NCBI GenBank assembly: GCA_964057225.1
Contig: OZ059898.1
Location: 16,616,001-16,680,000, forward strand
Direction of reading: 5' to 3'
From: Auanema rhodensis
Lineage: Eukaryota > Animalia > Nematoda
DNA length: 64,000 bases
Shown piece by piece: positions 1 to 13,427 of this stretch. The position numbers were made by a program, and so were the translations under genes. Under the pieces are notes generated by a model. It was not told the origin of the DNA. It did not search any database and saw nothing but the letters and a program-made list of their open reading frames with translations. Numbering within the stretch: position 1 is the first letter of the stretch; each line of letters starts with the position of its first letter.

Positions 1-150
1 GTGCACATCACGTGTACATTTAATTAGCATAAATTAAAGTTCACGTAAATTTCAAAGTTATGGTTACCATGAACCAATATCAATAAAAATTTGTTTTTAG
101 ACTAATATGGACATGGGGAATCTAATTTTGAAAACCGCATCTCTTTATCT

Positions 151-160
151 TTCACGTGAA
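151..160. other. Perfect 10-bp palindrome TTCACGTGAA (E-box/G-box core), present in most monomers
   Basis: Read directly; protein binding is not shown. Confidence 0.85.
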
Positions 161-233
161 GCGAGTTACATACCAAGTGCACATCACGTGTACATTTAAT
201 TAGCATAAATTAAAGTTCACGTAAATTTCAAAG

Positions 234-248
234 TCATGGTTACCATGA
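234..248. other. 15-bp interrupted palindrome TCATGGT-T-ACCATGA (monomer position 58-72; contains BstEII site GGTNACC)
   Basis: Read directly in monomer 2 and in the consensus. Confidence 0.85.
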
Positions 249-3200
249 ACCAATATCAATAAAAATTTGTTTTTAGACTAGGATGGACATGGGGGATCTA
301 ATTTTGAAAACCGCATCTCTTTATCTTTCACGTGAAGCGAGTTACATACCAAGTGCACATCACGTGTACATTTAATTAGCATAAATTAAAGTTCACGTAA
401 ATTTCAAAGTCATGGTTACCATGCACCAATATCAATAAAAATTTGTTTTTAGACTAATATGGACATGGGGAATCTAATTTTGAAAACCGCATCTCTTTAT
501 CTCTCACGTGAAGCGAGTTACATACCAAGTACACATCACGTGTACATTTAATTAGCATAAATTAAAGTTCACGTAAATTTCAAAGTCATGGTTACCATGA
601 ACCAATATCAATAAAAATTTGTTTTTAGACTAATATGGACATGGGGAATCTAATTTTGAAAACCGCATCTCTTTATCTTTCACGTGAAGCGAGTTACATA
701 CCAAGTGCACATCACGTGTACATTTAATTAGCATAAATTAAAGTTCACGTAAATTTCAAAGTCATGGTTACCATGAACAAATATCAATAAAAATTTGTTT
801 TTAGACTAATATGGACATGGGGAATCTAATTTTGAAAACCGCATCTCTTTATCTTTCACGTGAAGCGAGTTACATACCAAGTGCACATCACGTGTACATT
901 TAATTAGCATAAATTAAAGTTCACGTAAATTTCAAAGTCATGGTTACCATGAACCAATATCAATAAAAATTTGTTTTTAGACTAATATGGACATGGGGAA
1001 TCTAATTTTGAAAACCGCATCTCTTGATCTTTCACGTGAAGCGAGTTACATACCAAGTGCACATCACGTGTACATTTAATTAGCATAAATTAAAGTTCAC
1101 GTAAATTTCAAAGTCATGGTTACCATGAACAAATATCAATAAAAATTTGTTTTTAGACTAATATGGACATGGGGAATCTAATTTTGAAAACCGCATCTCT
1201 TTATCTTTCACGTGAAGCGAGTTACATACCAAGTGCACATCACGTGTACATTTAATTAGCATAAATTAAAGTTCACGTAAATTTCAAAGTCATGGTTACC
1301 ATGAACAAATATCAATAAAAATTTGTTTTTAGACTAATATGGACATGGGGAATCTAATTTTGAAAACCGCATCTCTTTATCTTTCACGTGAAGCGAGTTA
1401 CATACCAAGTGCACATCACGTGTACATTTAATTAGCATAAATTAAAGTTCACGTAAATTTCAAAGTCATGGTTACCATGAACCAATATCAATAAAAATTT
1501 GTTTTTAGACTAGGATGGACATGGGGAATCTAATTTTGAAAACCGCATCTCTTTATCTTTCACGTGAAGCGAGTTACATACCAAGTGCACATCACGTGTA
1601 CATTTAATTAGCATAAATTAAAGTTCACGTAAATTTCAAAGTCATGGTTACCATGCACCAATATCAATAAAAATTTGTTTTTAGACTAATATGGACATGG
1701 GGAATCTAATTTTAAAAACCGCATCTCTTTATCTTTCACGTGAAGCGAGTTACATACCAAGTGCACATCACGTGTACATTTAATTAGCATAAATTAAAGT
1801 TCACGTAAATTTCAAAGTTATGGTTACCATGAACCAATATCAATAAAAATTTGTTTTTAGACTAATATGGACATGGGGAATCTAATTTTGAAAACCGCAT
1901 CTCTTTATCTTTCACGTGAAGCGAGTTACATACCAAGTGCACATCACGTGTACATTTAATTAGCATAAATTAAAGTTCACGTAAATTTCAAAGTTATGGT
2001 TACCATGAACCAATATCAATAAAAATTTGTTTTTAGACTAATATGGACATGGGGAATCTAATTTTGAAAACCGCATCTCTTTATCTTTCACGTGAAGCGA
2101 GTTACATACCAAGTGCACATCACGTGTACATTTAATTAGCATAAATTAAAGTTCACGTAAATTTCAAAGTCATGGTTACCATGAACCAATATCAATAAAA
2201 ATTTGTTTTTAGACTAGGATGGACATGGGGGATCTAATTTTGAAAACCGCATCTCTTTATCTTTCACGTGAAGCGAGTTACATACCAAGTGCACATCACG
2301 TGTACATTTAATTAGCATAAATTAAAGTTCACGTAAATTTCAAAGTCATGGTTACCATGCACCAATATCAATAAAAATTTGTTTTTAGACTAATATGGAC
2401 ATGGGGAATCTAATTTTGAAAACCGCATCTCTTTATCTCTCACGTGAAGCGAGTTACATACCAAGTACACATCACGTGTACATTTAATTAGCATAAATTA
2501 AAGTTCACGTAAATTTCAAAGTCATGGTTACCATGAACCAATATCAATAAAAATTTGTTTTTAGACTAATATGGACATGGGGAATCTAATTTTGAAAACC
2601 GCATCTCTTTATCTTTCACGTGAAGCGAGTTACATACCAAGTGCACATCACGTGTACATTTAATTAGCATAAATTAAAGTTCACGTAAATTTCAAAGTCA
2701 TGGTTACCATGAACAAATATCAATAAAAATTTGTTTTTAGACTAATATGGACATGGGGAATCTAATTTTGAAAACCGCATCTCTTTATCTTTCACGTGAA
2801 GCGAGTTACATACCAAGTGCACATCACGTGTACATTTAATTAGCATAAATTAAAGTTCACGTAAATTTCAAAGTCATGGTTACCATGAACCAATATCAAT
2901 AAAAATTTGTTTTTAGACTAATATGGACATGGGGAATCTAATTTTGAAAACCGCATCTCTTGATCTTTCACGTGAAGCGAGTTACATACCAAGTGCACAT
3001 CACGTGTACATTTAATTAGCATAAATTAAAGTTCACGTAAATTTCAAAGTCATGGTTACCATGAACAAATATCAATAAAAATTTGTTTTTAGACTAATAT
3101 GGACATGGGGAATCTAATTTTGAAAACCGCATCTCTTTATCTTTCACGTGAAGCGAGTTACATACCAAGTGCACATCACGTGTACATTTAATTAGCATAA

Positions 3201-5808
3201 ATTAAAGTTCACGTAAATTTCAAAGTCATGGTTACCATGAACAAATATCAATAAAAATTTGTTTTTAGACTAATATGGACATGGGGAATCTAATTTTGAA
3301 AACCGCATCTCTTTATCTTTCACGTGAAGCGAGTTACATACCAAGTGCACATCACGTGTACATTTAATTAGCATAAATTAAAGTTCACGTAAATTTCAAA
3401 GTCATGGTTACCATGAACCAATATCAATAAAAATTTGTTTTTAGACTAATATGGACATGGGGAATCTAATTTTGTAAACCGCATCTCTTTATCTTTCACG
3501 TGAAGCGAGTTACATACCAAGTGCACATCACGTGTACATTTAATTAGCATAAATTAAAGTTCACGTAAATTTCAAAGACATGGTTACCATGAACCAATAT
3601 CAATAAAAATTTGTTTTTAGACTAATATGGACATGGGGAATCTCATTTTGAAAACCGTATCTCTTTATCTTTCACGTGAAGCGAGTTACATACCAAGTAC
3701 ACATCACGTGTACATTTAATTAGCATAAATTAAAGTTCACGTAAATTTCAAAGTCATGGTTACCATGAACCAATATCAACAAAAATTTGTTTTGAGACTA
3801 ATATGGACATGGGGAATCTAATTTTAAAAACCGCATCTCTTTATCTTTCACGTGAAGCGAGTTACATACCAAGTGCACATCACGTGTACATTTAATTAGC
3901 ATAAATTAAAGTTCACGTAAATTTCAAAGTTATGGTTACCATGAACCAATATCAATAAAAATTTGTTTTTAGACTAATATGGACATGGGGAATCTAATTT
4001 TGCAAACCGCATCTCTTTATCTTTCACGTGAAGCGAGTTACATACCAAGTGCACATCACGTGTACATTTAATTAGCATAAATTAAAGTTCACGTAAATTT
4101 CAAAGTTATGGTTACCATGAGCCAATATCAATAAAAATTTGTTTTTAGACTAATATGGACATGGGGAATCTAATTTTGCAAACCGCATCTCTTTATCTTT
4201 CACGTGAAGCGAGTTACATACCAAGTGCACATCACGTGTACATTTAATTAGCATAAATTAAAGTTCACGTAAATTTCAAAGTCATGGTTACCATGAACCA
4301 ATATCAATAAAAATTTGTTTTTAGACTAATATGGACATGGGGAATCTAATTTTGAAAACCGCATCTCTTTATCTTTCACGTGAAGCGAGTTACATACCAA
4401 GTGCACATCACGTGTACATTTAATTAGCATAAATTAAAGTTCACGTAAATTTCAAAGTCATGGTTACCATGAACCAATATCAACAAAAATTTGTTTTGAG
4501 ACTAATATGGACATGGGGAATCTAATTTTGAAAACCGCATCTCTTTATCTTTCACGTGAAGCGAGTTACATACCAAGTGCACATCACGTGTACATTTAAT
4601 TAGCATAAATTAAAGTTCACGTAAATTGCAAAGTCATGGTTACCATGAACCAATATCAATAAAAATTTGTTTTTAGACTAATATGGACATGGGGAATCTA
4701 ATTTTGAAAACCGCATCTCTTGATCTTTCACGTGAAGCGAGTTACATACCAAGTGCACATCACGTGTACATTTAATTAGCATAAATTAAAGTTCACGTAA
4801 ATTTCAAAGTCATGGTTACCATGAACAAATATCAATAAAAATTTGTTTTTAGACTAATATGGACATGGGGAATCTAATTTTGAAAACCGCATCTCTTTAT
4901 CTTTCACGTGAAGCGAGTTACATACCAAGTGCACATCACGTGTACATTTAATTAGCATAAATTAAAGTTCACGTAAATTTCAAAGTCATGGTTACCATGA
5001 ACAAATATCAACAAAAATTTGTTTTTAGACTAATATGGACATGGGGAATCTAATTTTGAAAACCGCATCTCTTTATCTTTCACGTGAAGCGAGTTACATA
5101 CCAAGTGCACATCACGTGTACATTTAATTAGCATAAATTAAAGTTCACGTAAATTTCAAAGTCATGGTTACCATGAACCAATATCAATAAAAATTTGTTT
5201 TTAGACTAATATGGACATGGGGAATCTAATTTTGTAAACCGCATCTCTTTATCTTTCACGTGAAGCGAGTTACATACCAAGTGCACATCACGTGTACATT
5301 TAATTAGCATAAATTAAAGTTCACGTAAATTTCAAAGACATGGTTACCATGAACCAATATCAATAAAAATTTGTTTTTAGACTAATATGGACATGGGGAA
5401 TCTAATTTTGAAAACCGTATCTCTTTATCTTTCACGTGAAGCGAGTTACATACCAAGTACACATCACGTGTACATTTAATTAGCATAAATTAAAGTTCAC
5501 GTAAATTTCAAAGTCATGGTTACCATGCACCAATATCAATAAAAATTTGTTTTTAGACTAATATGGACATGGGGAATCTAATTTTGAAAACCGCATCTCT
5601 TTATCTTTCACGTGAAGCGAGTTACATACCAAGTGCACATCACGTGTACATTTAATTAGCATAAATTAAAGTTCACGTAAATTTCAAAGTCATGGTTACC
5701 ATGAACCAATATCAATAAAAATTTGTTTTTAGACTAATATGGACATGGGGAATCTAATTTTGAAAACAGCATCTCTTTATCTTTCACGTGAAGCGAGTTA
5801 CATACCAA

Positions 5809-6001
5809 GTGCACATCACGTGTACGCATGAATTAAAGTTCACGTAAATTAGCATGAATTAAAGTTCACGTAAATTTCAAAGTCATGGTTACCATGAACT
5901 AATATCAACAAAAATTTGTTTTGAGACTAATATGGACATGGGGAATCTAATTTTGAAAACCGCATCTCTTTATCTTTCACGTGAAGCGAGTTACATACCA
6001 A
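5809..6001. repeat. 193-bp rearranged monomer, copy 1 (9-bp deletion + 26-bp internal duplication)
   Basis: Reads GTGTAC-[GCATGAATTAAAGTTCACGTAAATT]-A-[GCATGAATTAAAGTTCACGTAAATT]-TCAAAG; the next monomer starts at 6002. Confidence 0.97.
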
Positions 6002-9000
6002 GTGCACATCACGTTTACATTTAATTAGCATAAATTAAAGTTCACGTAAATTTCAAAGTCATGGTTACCATGAACCAATATCAATAAAAATTTGTTTTTA
6101 GACTAATATGGACATGGGGAATCTAATTTTGAAAAACGCATCTCTTTATCTTTCACGTGAAGCGAGTTACATACCAAGTGCACATCACGTGTACATTTAA
6201 TTAGCATAAATTAAAGTTCACGTAAATTTCAAAGTCATGGTTACCATGCACCAATATCAATAAAAATTTGTTTTTAGACTAATATGGACATGGGGAATCT
6301 AATTTTGAAAACCGCATCTCTTTATCTCTTACGTGAAGCGAGTTACATACCAAGTACACATCACGTGTACATTTAATTAGCATAAATTAAAGTTCACGTA
6401 AATTTCAAAGTCATGGTTACCATGAACTAATATCAACAAAAATTTGTTTTGAGACTAATATGGACATGGGGAATCTAATTTTGAAAACCGCATCTCTTTA
6501 TCTTTCACGTGAAGCGAGTTACATACCAAGTGCACATCACGTTTACATTTAATTAGCATAAATTAAAGTTCACGTAAATTTCAAAGTCATGGTTACCATG
6601 AACCAATATCAATAAAAATTTGTTTTTAGACTAATATGGACATGGGGAATCTAATTTTGAAAACCGCATCTCTTTATCTTTCACGTGAAGCGAGTTACAT
6701 ACCAAGTGCACATCACGTGTACATTTAATTAGCATAAATTAAAGTTCACGTAAATTTCAAAGTCATGGTTACCATGAACCAATATCAATAAAAATTTGTT
6801 TTTAGACTAATATGGACATGGGGAATCTAATTTTGAAAACCGCATCTCTTTATCTTTTACGTGAAGCGAGTTACATACCAAGTGCACATCACGTGTACAT
6901 TTAATTAGCATAAATTAAAGTTCACGTAAATTTCAAAGTCATGGTTACCATGAACCAATATCAATAAAAATTTGTTTTTAGACTAATATGGACATGGGGA
7001 ATCTAATTTTGAAAACCGCATCTCTTGATCTTTCACGTGAAGCGAGTTACATACCAAGTGCACATCACGTGTACATTTAATTAGCATAAATTAAAGTTCA
7101 CGTAAATTTCAAAGTCATGGTTACCATGAACAAATATCAATAAAAATTTGTTTTTAGACTAATATGGACATGGGGAATCTAATTTTGAAAACCGCATCTC
7201 TTTATCTTTCACGTGAAGCGAGTTACATACCAAGTGCACATCACGTGTACATTTAATTAGCATAAATTAAAGTTCACGTAAATTTCAAAGTCATGGTTAC
7301 CATGAACCAATATCAATAAAAATTTGTTTTTAGACTAATATGGACATGGGGAATCTAATTTTAAAAACCGCATCTCTTTATCTTTCACGTGAAGCGAGTT
7401 ACATACCAAGTGCACATCACGTGTACATTTAATTAGCATAAATTAAAGTTCACGTAAATTTCAAAGACATGGTTACCATGAACCAATATCAATACAAATT
7501 TGTTTTGAGACTAATATGGACATGGGGAATCTAATTTTGAAAACCGCATCTCTTTATCTTTCACGTGAAGCGAGTTACATACCAAGTGCACATCACGTGT
7601 ACATTTAATTAGCATAAATTAAAGTTCACGTAAATTTCAAAGTCATGGTTACCATGAACCAATATCAATAAAAATTTGTTTTTAGACTAATATGGACATG
7701 GGGAATCTAATTTTGAAAACCGCATCTCTTGATCTTTCACGTGAAGCGAGTTACATACCAAGTGCACATCACGTGTACATTTAATTAGCATAAATTAAAG
7801 TTCACGTAAATTTCAAAGTCATGGTTACCATGAACCAATATCAATAAAAATTTGTTTTTAGACTAATATGGACATGGGGAATCTAATTTTGAAAACCGCA
7901 TCTCTTGATCTTTCACGTGAAGCGAGTTACATACCAAGTGCACATCACGTGTACATTTAATTAGCATAAATTAAAGTTCACGTAAATTTCAAAGTCATGG
8001 TTACCATGAACAAATATCAATAAAAATTTGTTTTTAGACTAATATGGACATGGGGAATCTAATTTTGAAAACCGCATCTCTTTATCTTTCACGTGAAGCG
8101 AGTTACATACCAAGTGCACATCACGTGTACATTTAATTAGCATAAATTAAAGTTCACGTAAATTTCAAAGTCATGGTTACCATGAACCAATATCAATAAA
8201 AATTTGTTTTTAGACTAATATGGACATGGGGAATCTAATTTTGAAAACCGCATCTCTTGATCTTTCACGTGAAGCGAGTTACATACCAAGTGCACATCAC
8301 GTGTACATTTAATTAGCATAAATTAAAGTTCACGTAAATTTCAAAGTCATGGTTACCATGAACAAATATCAATAAAAATTTGTTTTTAGACTAATATGGA
8401 CATGGGGAATCTAATTTTGAAAACCGCATCTCTTTATCTTTCACGTGAAGCGAGTTACATACCAAGTGCACATCACGTGTACACTTAATTAGCATAAATT
8501 AAAGTTCACGTAAATTTCAAAGTCATGGTTACCATGAACAAATATCAATAAAAATTTGTTTTTAGACTAATATGGACATGGGGAATCTAATTTTGAAAAC
8601 CGCATCTCTTTATCTTTCACGTGAAGCGAGTTACATACCAAGTGCACATCACGTGTACATTTAATTAGCATAAATTAAAGTTCACGTAAATTTCAAAGTC
8701 ATGGTTACCATGAACCAATATCAATAAAAATTTGTTTTTAGACTAATATGGACATGGGGAATCTAATTTTGTAAACCGCATCTCTTTATCTTTCACGTGA
8801 AGCGAGTTACATACCAAGTGCACATCACGTGTACATTTAATTAGCATAAATTAAAGTTCACGTAAATTTCAAAGACATGGTTACCATGAACCAATATCAA
8901 TAAAAATTTGTTTTTAGACTAATATGGACATGGGGAATCTCATTTTGAAAACCGTATCTCTTTATCTTTCACGTGAAGCGAGTTACATACCAAGTACACA

Positions 9001-10225
9001 TCACGTGTACATTTAATTAGCATAAATTAAAGTTCACGTAAATTTCAAAGTCATGGTTACCATGAACCAATATCAACAAAAATTTGTTTTGAGACTAATA
9101 TGGACATGGGGAATCTAATTTTAAAAACCGCATCTCTTTATCTTTCACGTGAAGCGAGTTACATACCAAGTGCACATCACGTGTACATTTAATTAGCATA
9201 AATTAAAGTTCACGTAAATTTCAAAGTCATGGTTACCATGAACAAATATCAATAAAAATTTGTTTTTAGACTAATATGGACATGGGGAATCTAATTTTGA
9301 AAACCGCATCTCTTTATCTTTCACGTGAAGCGAGTTACATACCAAGTGCACATCACGTGTACATTTAATTAGCATAAATTAAAGTTCACGTAAATTTCAA
9401 AGTCATGGTTACCATGAACAAATATCAACAAAAATTTGTTTTTAGACTAATATGGACATGGGGAATCTAATTTTGAAAACCGCATCTCTTTATCTTTCAC
9501 GTGAAGCGAGTTACATACCAAGTGCACATCACGTGTACATTTAATTAGCATAAATTAAAGTTCACGTAAATTTCAAAGTCATGGTTACCATGAACCAATA
9601 TCAATAAAAATTTGTTTTTAGACTAATATGGACATGGGGAATCTAATTTTGTAAACCGCATCTCTTTATCTTTCACGTGAAGCGAGTTACATACCAAGTG
9701 CACATCACGTGTACATTTAATTAGCATAAATTAAAGTTCACGTAAATTTCAAAGACATGGTTACCATGAACCAATATCAATAAAAATTTGTTTTTAGACT
9801 AATATGGACATGGGGAATCTAATTTTGAAAACCGTATCTCTTTATCTTTCACGTGAAGCGAGTTACATACCAAGTACACATCACGTGTACATTTAATTAG
9901 CATAAATTAAAGTTCACGTAAATTTCAAAGTCATGGTTACCATGCACCAATATCAATAAAAATTTGTTTTTAGACTAATATGGACATGGGGAATCTAATT
10001 TTGAAAACCGCATCTCTTTATCTTTCACGTGAAGCGAGTTACATACCAAGTGCACATCACGTGTACATTTAATTAGCATAAATTAAAGTTCACGTAAATT
10101 TCAAAGTCATGGTTACCATGAACCAATATCAATAAAAATTTGTTTTTAGACTAATATGGACATGGGGAATCTAATTTTGAAAACAGCATCTCTTTATCTT
10201 TCACGTGAAGCGAGTTACATACCAA

Positions 10226-10418
10226 GTGCACATCACGTGTACGCATGAATTAAAGTTCACGTAAATTAGCATGAATTAAAGTTCACGTAAATTTCAAAGT
10301 CATGGTTACCATGAACTAATATCAACAAAAATTTGTTTTGAGACTAATATGGACATGGGGAATCTAATTTTGAAAACCGCATCTCTTTATCTTTCACGTG
10401 AAGCGAGTTACATACCAA
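10226..10418. repeat. 193-bp rearranged monomer, copy 2
   Basis: Same junction sequence as 5809; offset 4417 = 193 + 24x176. Confidence 0.97.
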
Positions 10419-13234
10419 GTGCAAATCACGTTTACATTTAATTAGCATAAATTAAAGTTCACGTAAATTTCAAAGTCATGGTTACCATGAACCAATATCA
10501 ATAAAAATTTGTTTTTAGACTAATATGGACATGGGGAATCTAATTTTGAAAACCGCATCTCTTTATCTTTCACGTGAAGCGAGTTACATACCAAGTGCAC
10601 ATCACGTGTACATTTAATTAGCATAAATTAAAGTTCACGTAAATTTCAAAGTCATGGTTACCATGCACCAATATCAATAAAAATTTGTTTTTAGACTAAT
10701 ATGGACATGGGGAATCTAATTTTGAAAACCGCATCTCTTTATCTCTTACGTGAAGCGAGTTACATACCAAGTACACATCACGTGTACATTTAATTAGCAT
10801 AAATTAAAGTTCACGTAAATTTCAAAGTCATGGTTACCATGAACTAATATCAACAAAAATTTGTTTTGAGACTAATATGGACATGGGGAATCTAATTTTG
10901 AAAACCGCATCTCTTTATCTTTCACGTGAAGCGAGTTACATACCAAGTGCACATCACGTTTACATTTAATTAGCATAAATTAAAGTTCACGTAAATTTCA
11001 AAGTCATGGTTACCATGAACCAATATCAATAAAAATTTGTTTTTAGACTAATATGGACATGGGGAATCTAATTTTGAAAACCGCATCTCTTTATCTTTCA
11101 CGTGAAGCGAGTTACATACCAAGTGCACATCACGTGTACATTTAATTAGCATAAATTAAAGTTCACGTAAATTTCAAAGTCATGGTTACCATGAACCAAT
11201 ATCAATAAAAATTTGTTTTTAGACTAATATGGACATGGGGAATCTAATTTTGAAAACCGCATCTCTTTATCTTTTACGTGAAGCGAGTTACATACCAAGT
11301 GCACATCACGTGTACATTTAATTAGCATAAATTAAAGTTCACGTAAATTTCAAAGTCATGGTTACCATGAACCAATATCAATAAAAATTTGTTTTTAGAC
11401 TAATATGGACATGGGGAATCTAATTTTGAAAACCGCATCTCTTGATCTTTCACATGAAGCGAGTTACATACCAAGTGCACATCACGTGTACATTTAATTA
11501 GCATAAATTAAAGTTCACGTAAATTTCAAAGTCATGGTTACCATGAACAAATATCAATAAAAATTTGTTTTTAGACTAATATGGACATGGGGAATCTAAT
11601 TTTGAAAACCGCATCTCTTTATCTTTCACGTGAAGCGAGTTACATACCAAGTGCACATCACGTGTACATTTAATTAGCATAAATTAAAGTTCACGTAAAT
11701 TTCAAAGTCATGGTTACCATGAACCAATATCAATAAAAATTTGTTTTTAGACTAATATGGACATGGGGAATCTAATTTTAAAAACCGCATCTCTTTATCT
11801 TTCACGTGAAGCGAGTTACATACCAAGTGCACATCACGTGTACATTTAATTAGCATAAATTAAAGTTCACGTAAATTTCAAAGACATGGTTACCATGAAC
11901 CAATATCAATACAAATTTGTTTTGAGACTAATATGGACATGGGGAATCTAATTTTGAAAACCGCATCTCTTTATCTTTCACGTGAAGCGAGTTACATACC
12001 AAGTGCACATCACGTGTACATTTAATTAGCATAAATTAAAGTTCACGTAAATTTCAAAGTCATGGTTACCATGAACTAATATCAACAAAAATTTGTTTTG
12101 AGACTAATATGGACATGGGGAATCTAATTTTGAACACCGCATCTCTTTATCTTTCACGTGAAGCGAGTTACATACCAAGTGCACATCACGTGTACATTTA
12201 ATTAGCATAAATTAAAGTTCACGTAAATTTCAAAGTCATGGTTACCATGAACTAATATCAACAAAAATTTGTTTTGAGACTAATATGGACATGGGGAATC
12301 TAATTTTGAAAACCGCATCTCTTTATCTTTCACGTGAAGCGAGTTACATACCAAGTGCACATCACGTTTACATTTAATTAGCATAAATTAAAGTTCACGT
12401 AAATTTCAAAGTCATGGTTACCATGAACTAATATCAACAAAAATTTGTTTTGAGACTAATATGGACATGGGGAATCTAATTTTGAAAACCGCATCTCTTT
12501 ATCTTTCACGTGAAGCGAGTTACATACCAAGTGCACATCACGTGTACATTTAATTAGCATAAATTAAAGTTCACGTAAATTTCAAAGTCATGGTTACCAT
12601 GAACTAATATCAACAAAAATTTGTTTTGAGACTAATATGGACATGGGGAATCTAATTTTGAAAACCGCATCTCTTTATCTTTCACGTGAAGCGAGTTACA
12701 TACCAAGTGCACATCACGTGTACATTTAATTAGCATAAATTAAAGTTCACGTAAATTTCAAAGTCATGGTTACCATGCACCAATATCAATAAAAATTTGT
12801 TTTTAGACTAATATGGACATGAGGAATCTAATTTTAAAAACCGCATCTCTTTATCTTTCACGTGAAGCGAGTTACATACCAAGTGCACATCACGTGTACA
12901 TTTAATTAGCATAAATTAAAGTTCACGTAAATTTCAAAGTCATGGTTACCATGAACCAATATCAATAAAAATTTGTTTTTAGACTAATATGGACATGGGG
13001 AATCTAATTTTGAAAACCGCATCTCTTTATCTTTCACGTGAAGCGAGTTACATACCAAGTGCACATCACGTGTACATTTAATTAGCATAAATTAAAGTTC
13101 ACGTAAATTTCAAAGTCATGGTTACCATGAACCAATATCAATAAAAATTTGTTTTTAGACTAATATGGACATGGGGAATCTAATTTTGAAAACCGCATCT
13201 CTTTATCTTTCACGTGAAGCGAGTTACATACCAA

Positions 13235-13427
13235 GTGCACATCACGTGTACGCATGAATTAAAGTTCACGTAAATTAGCATGAATTAAAGTTCACGTAAA
13301 TTTCAAAGTCATGGTTACCATGAACTAATATCAACAAAAATTTGTTTTGAGACTAATATGGACATGGGGAATCTAATTTTGAAAACCGCATCTCTTTATC
13401 TTTCACGTGAAGCGAGTTACATACCAA
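13235..13427. repeat. 193-bp rearranged monomer, copy 3
   Basis: Same junction; offset 3009 = 193 + 16x176 from copy 2. Confidence 0.97.

Larger units (their letters stand above)
1..3440. repeat. Block duplication with 11-monomer (1936-bp) offset
   Basis: Variant order in monomers 1-8 (C59T; AT105GG+A119G; A72C+T151C; G3A; C75A; T146G; C75A; C75A) recurs in monomers 12-19. Confidence 0.92.
4753..12002. repeat. 16-monomer block duplication: 4753-7585 = 9170-12002 (offset 4417)
   Basis: Same ordered variants, including the 193-bp monomer and the terminal T58A+A86C+T98G monomer. I saw about three private differences (~6136, ~10424, ~11454). Confidence 0.92.

Noticed and set aside
82-98. AATAAA plus T-tract as a polyadenylation signal or terminator
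   Set aside because: Expected by chance at 68% AT, and there is no associated gene.
1-176. Identity with known ~176-178-bp satellites (Brassica CentBr, Arabidopsis CEN178, honey bee AluI repeat) or primate alpha satellite
   Set aside because: Only the length is similar. The consensus lacks AAGCTT/AGCT sites (I noticed AGCT only as a variant at ~35236), and I see no motif I recall from those families. An alignment would be needed to exclude them formally.
1-176. CENP-B box
   Set aside because: No TTCG-N4-A-N2-CGGG pattern on either strand of the consensus.
1-176. 5S rDNA, tRNA or snRNA tandem gene unit, or telomeric repeat
   Set aside because: The unit is too AT-rich, has no recognisable 5S/tRNA/snRNA sequence or internal promoter boxes, and has no short G-rich repeat.
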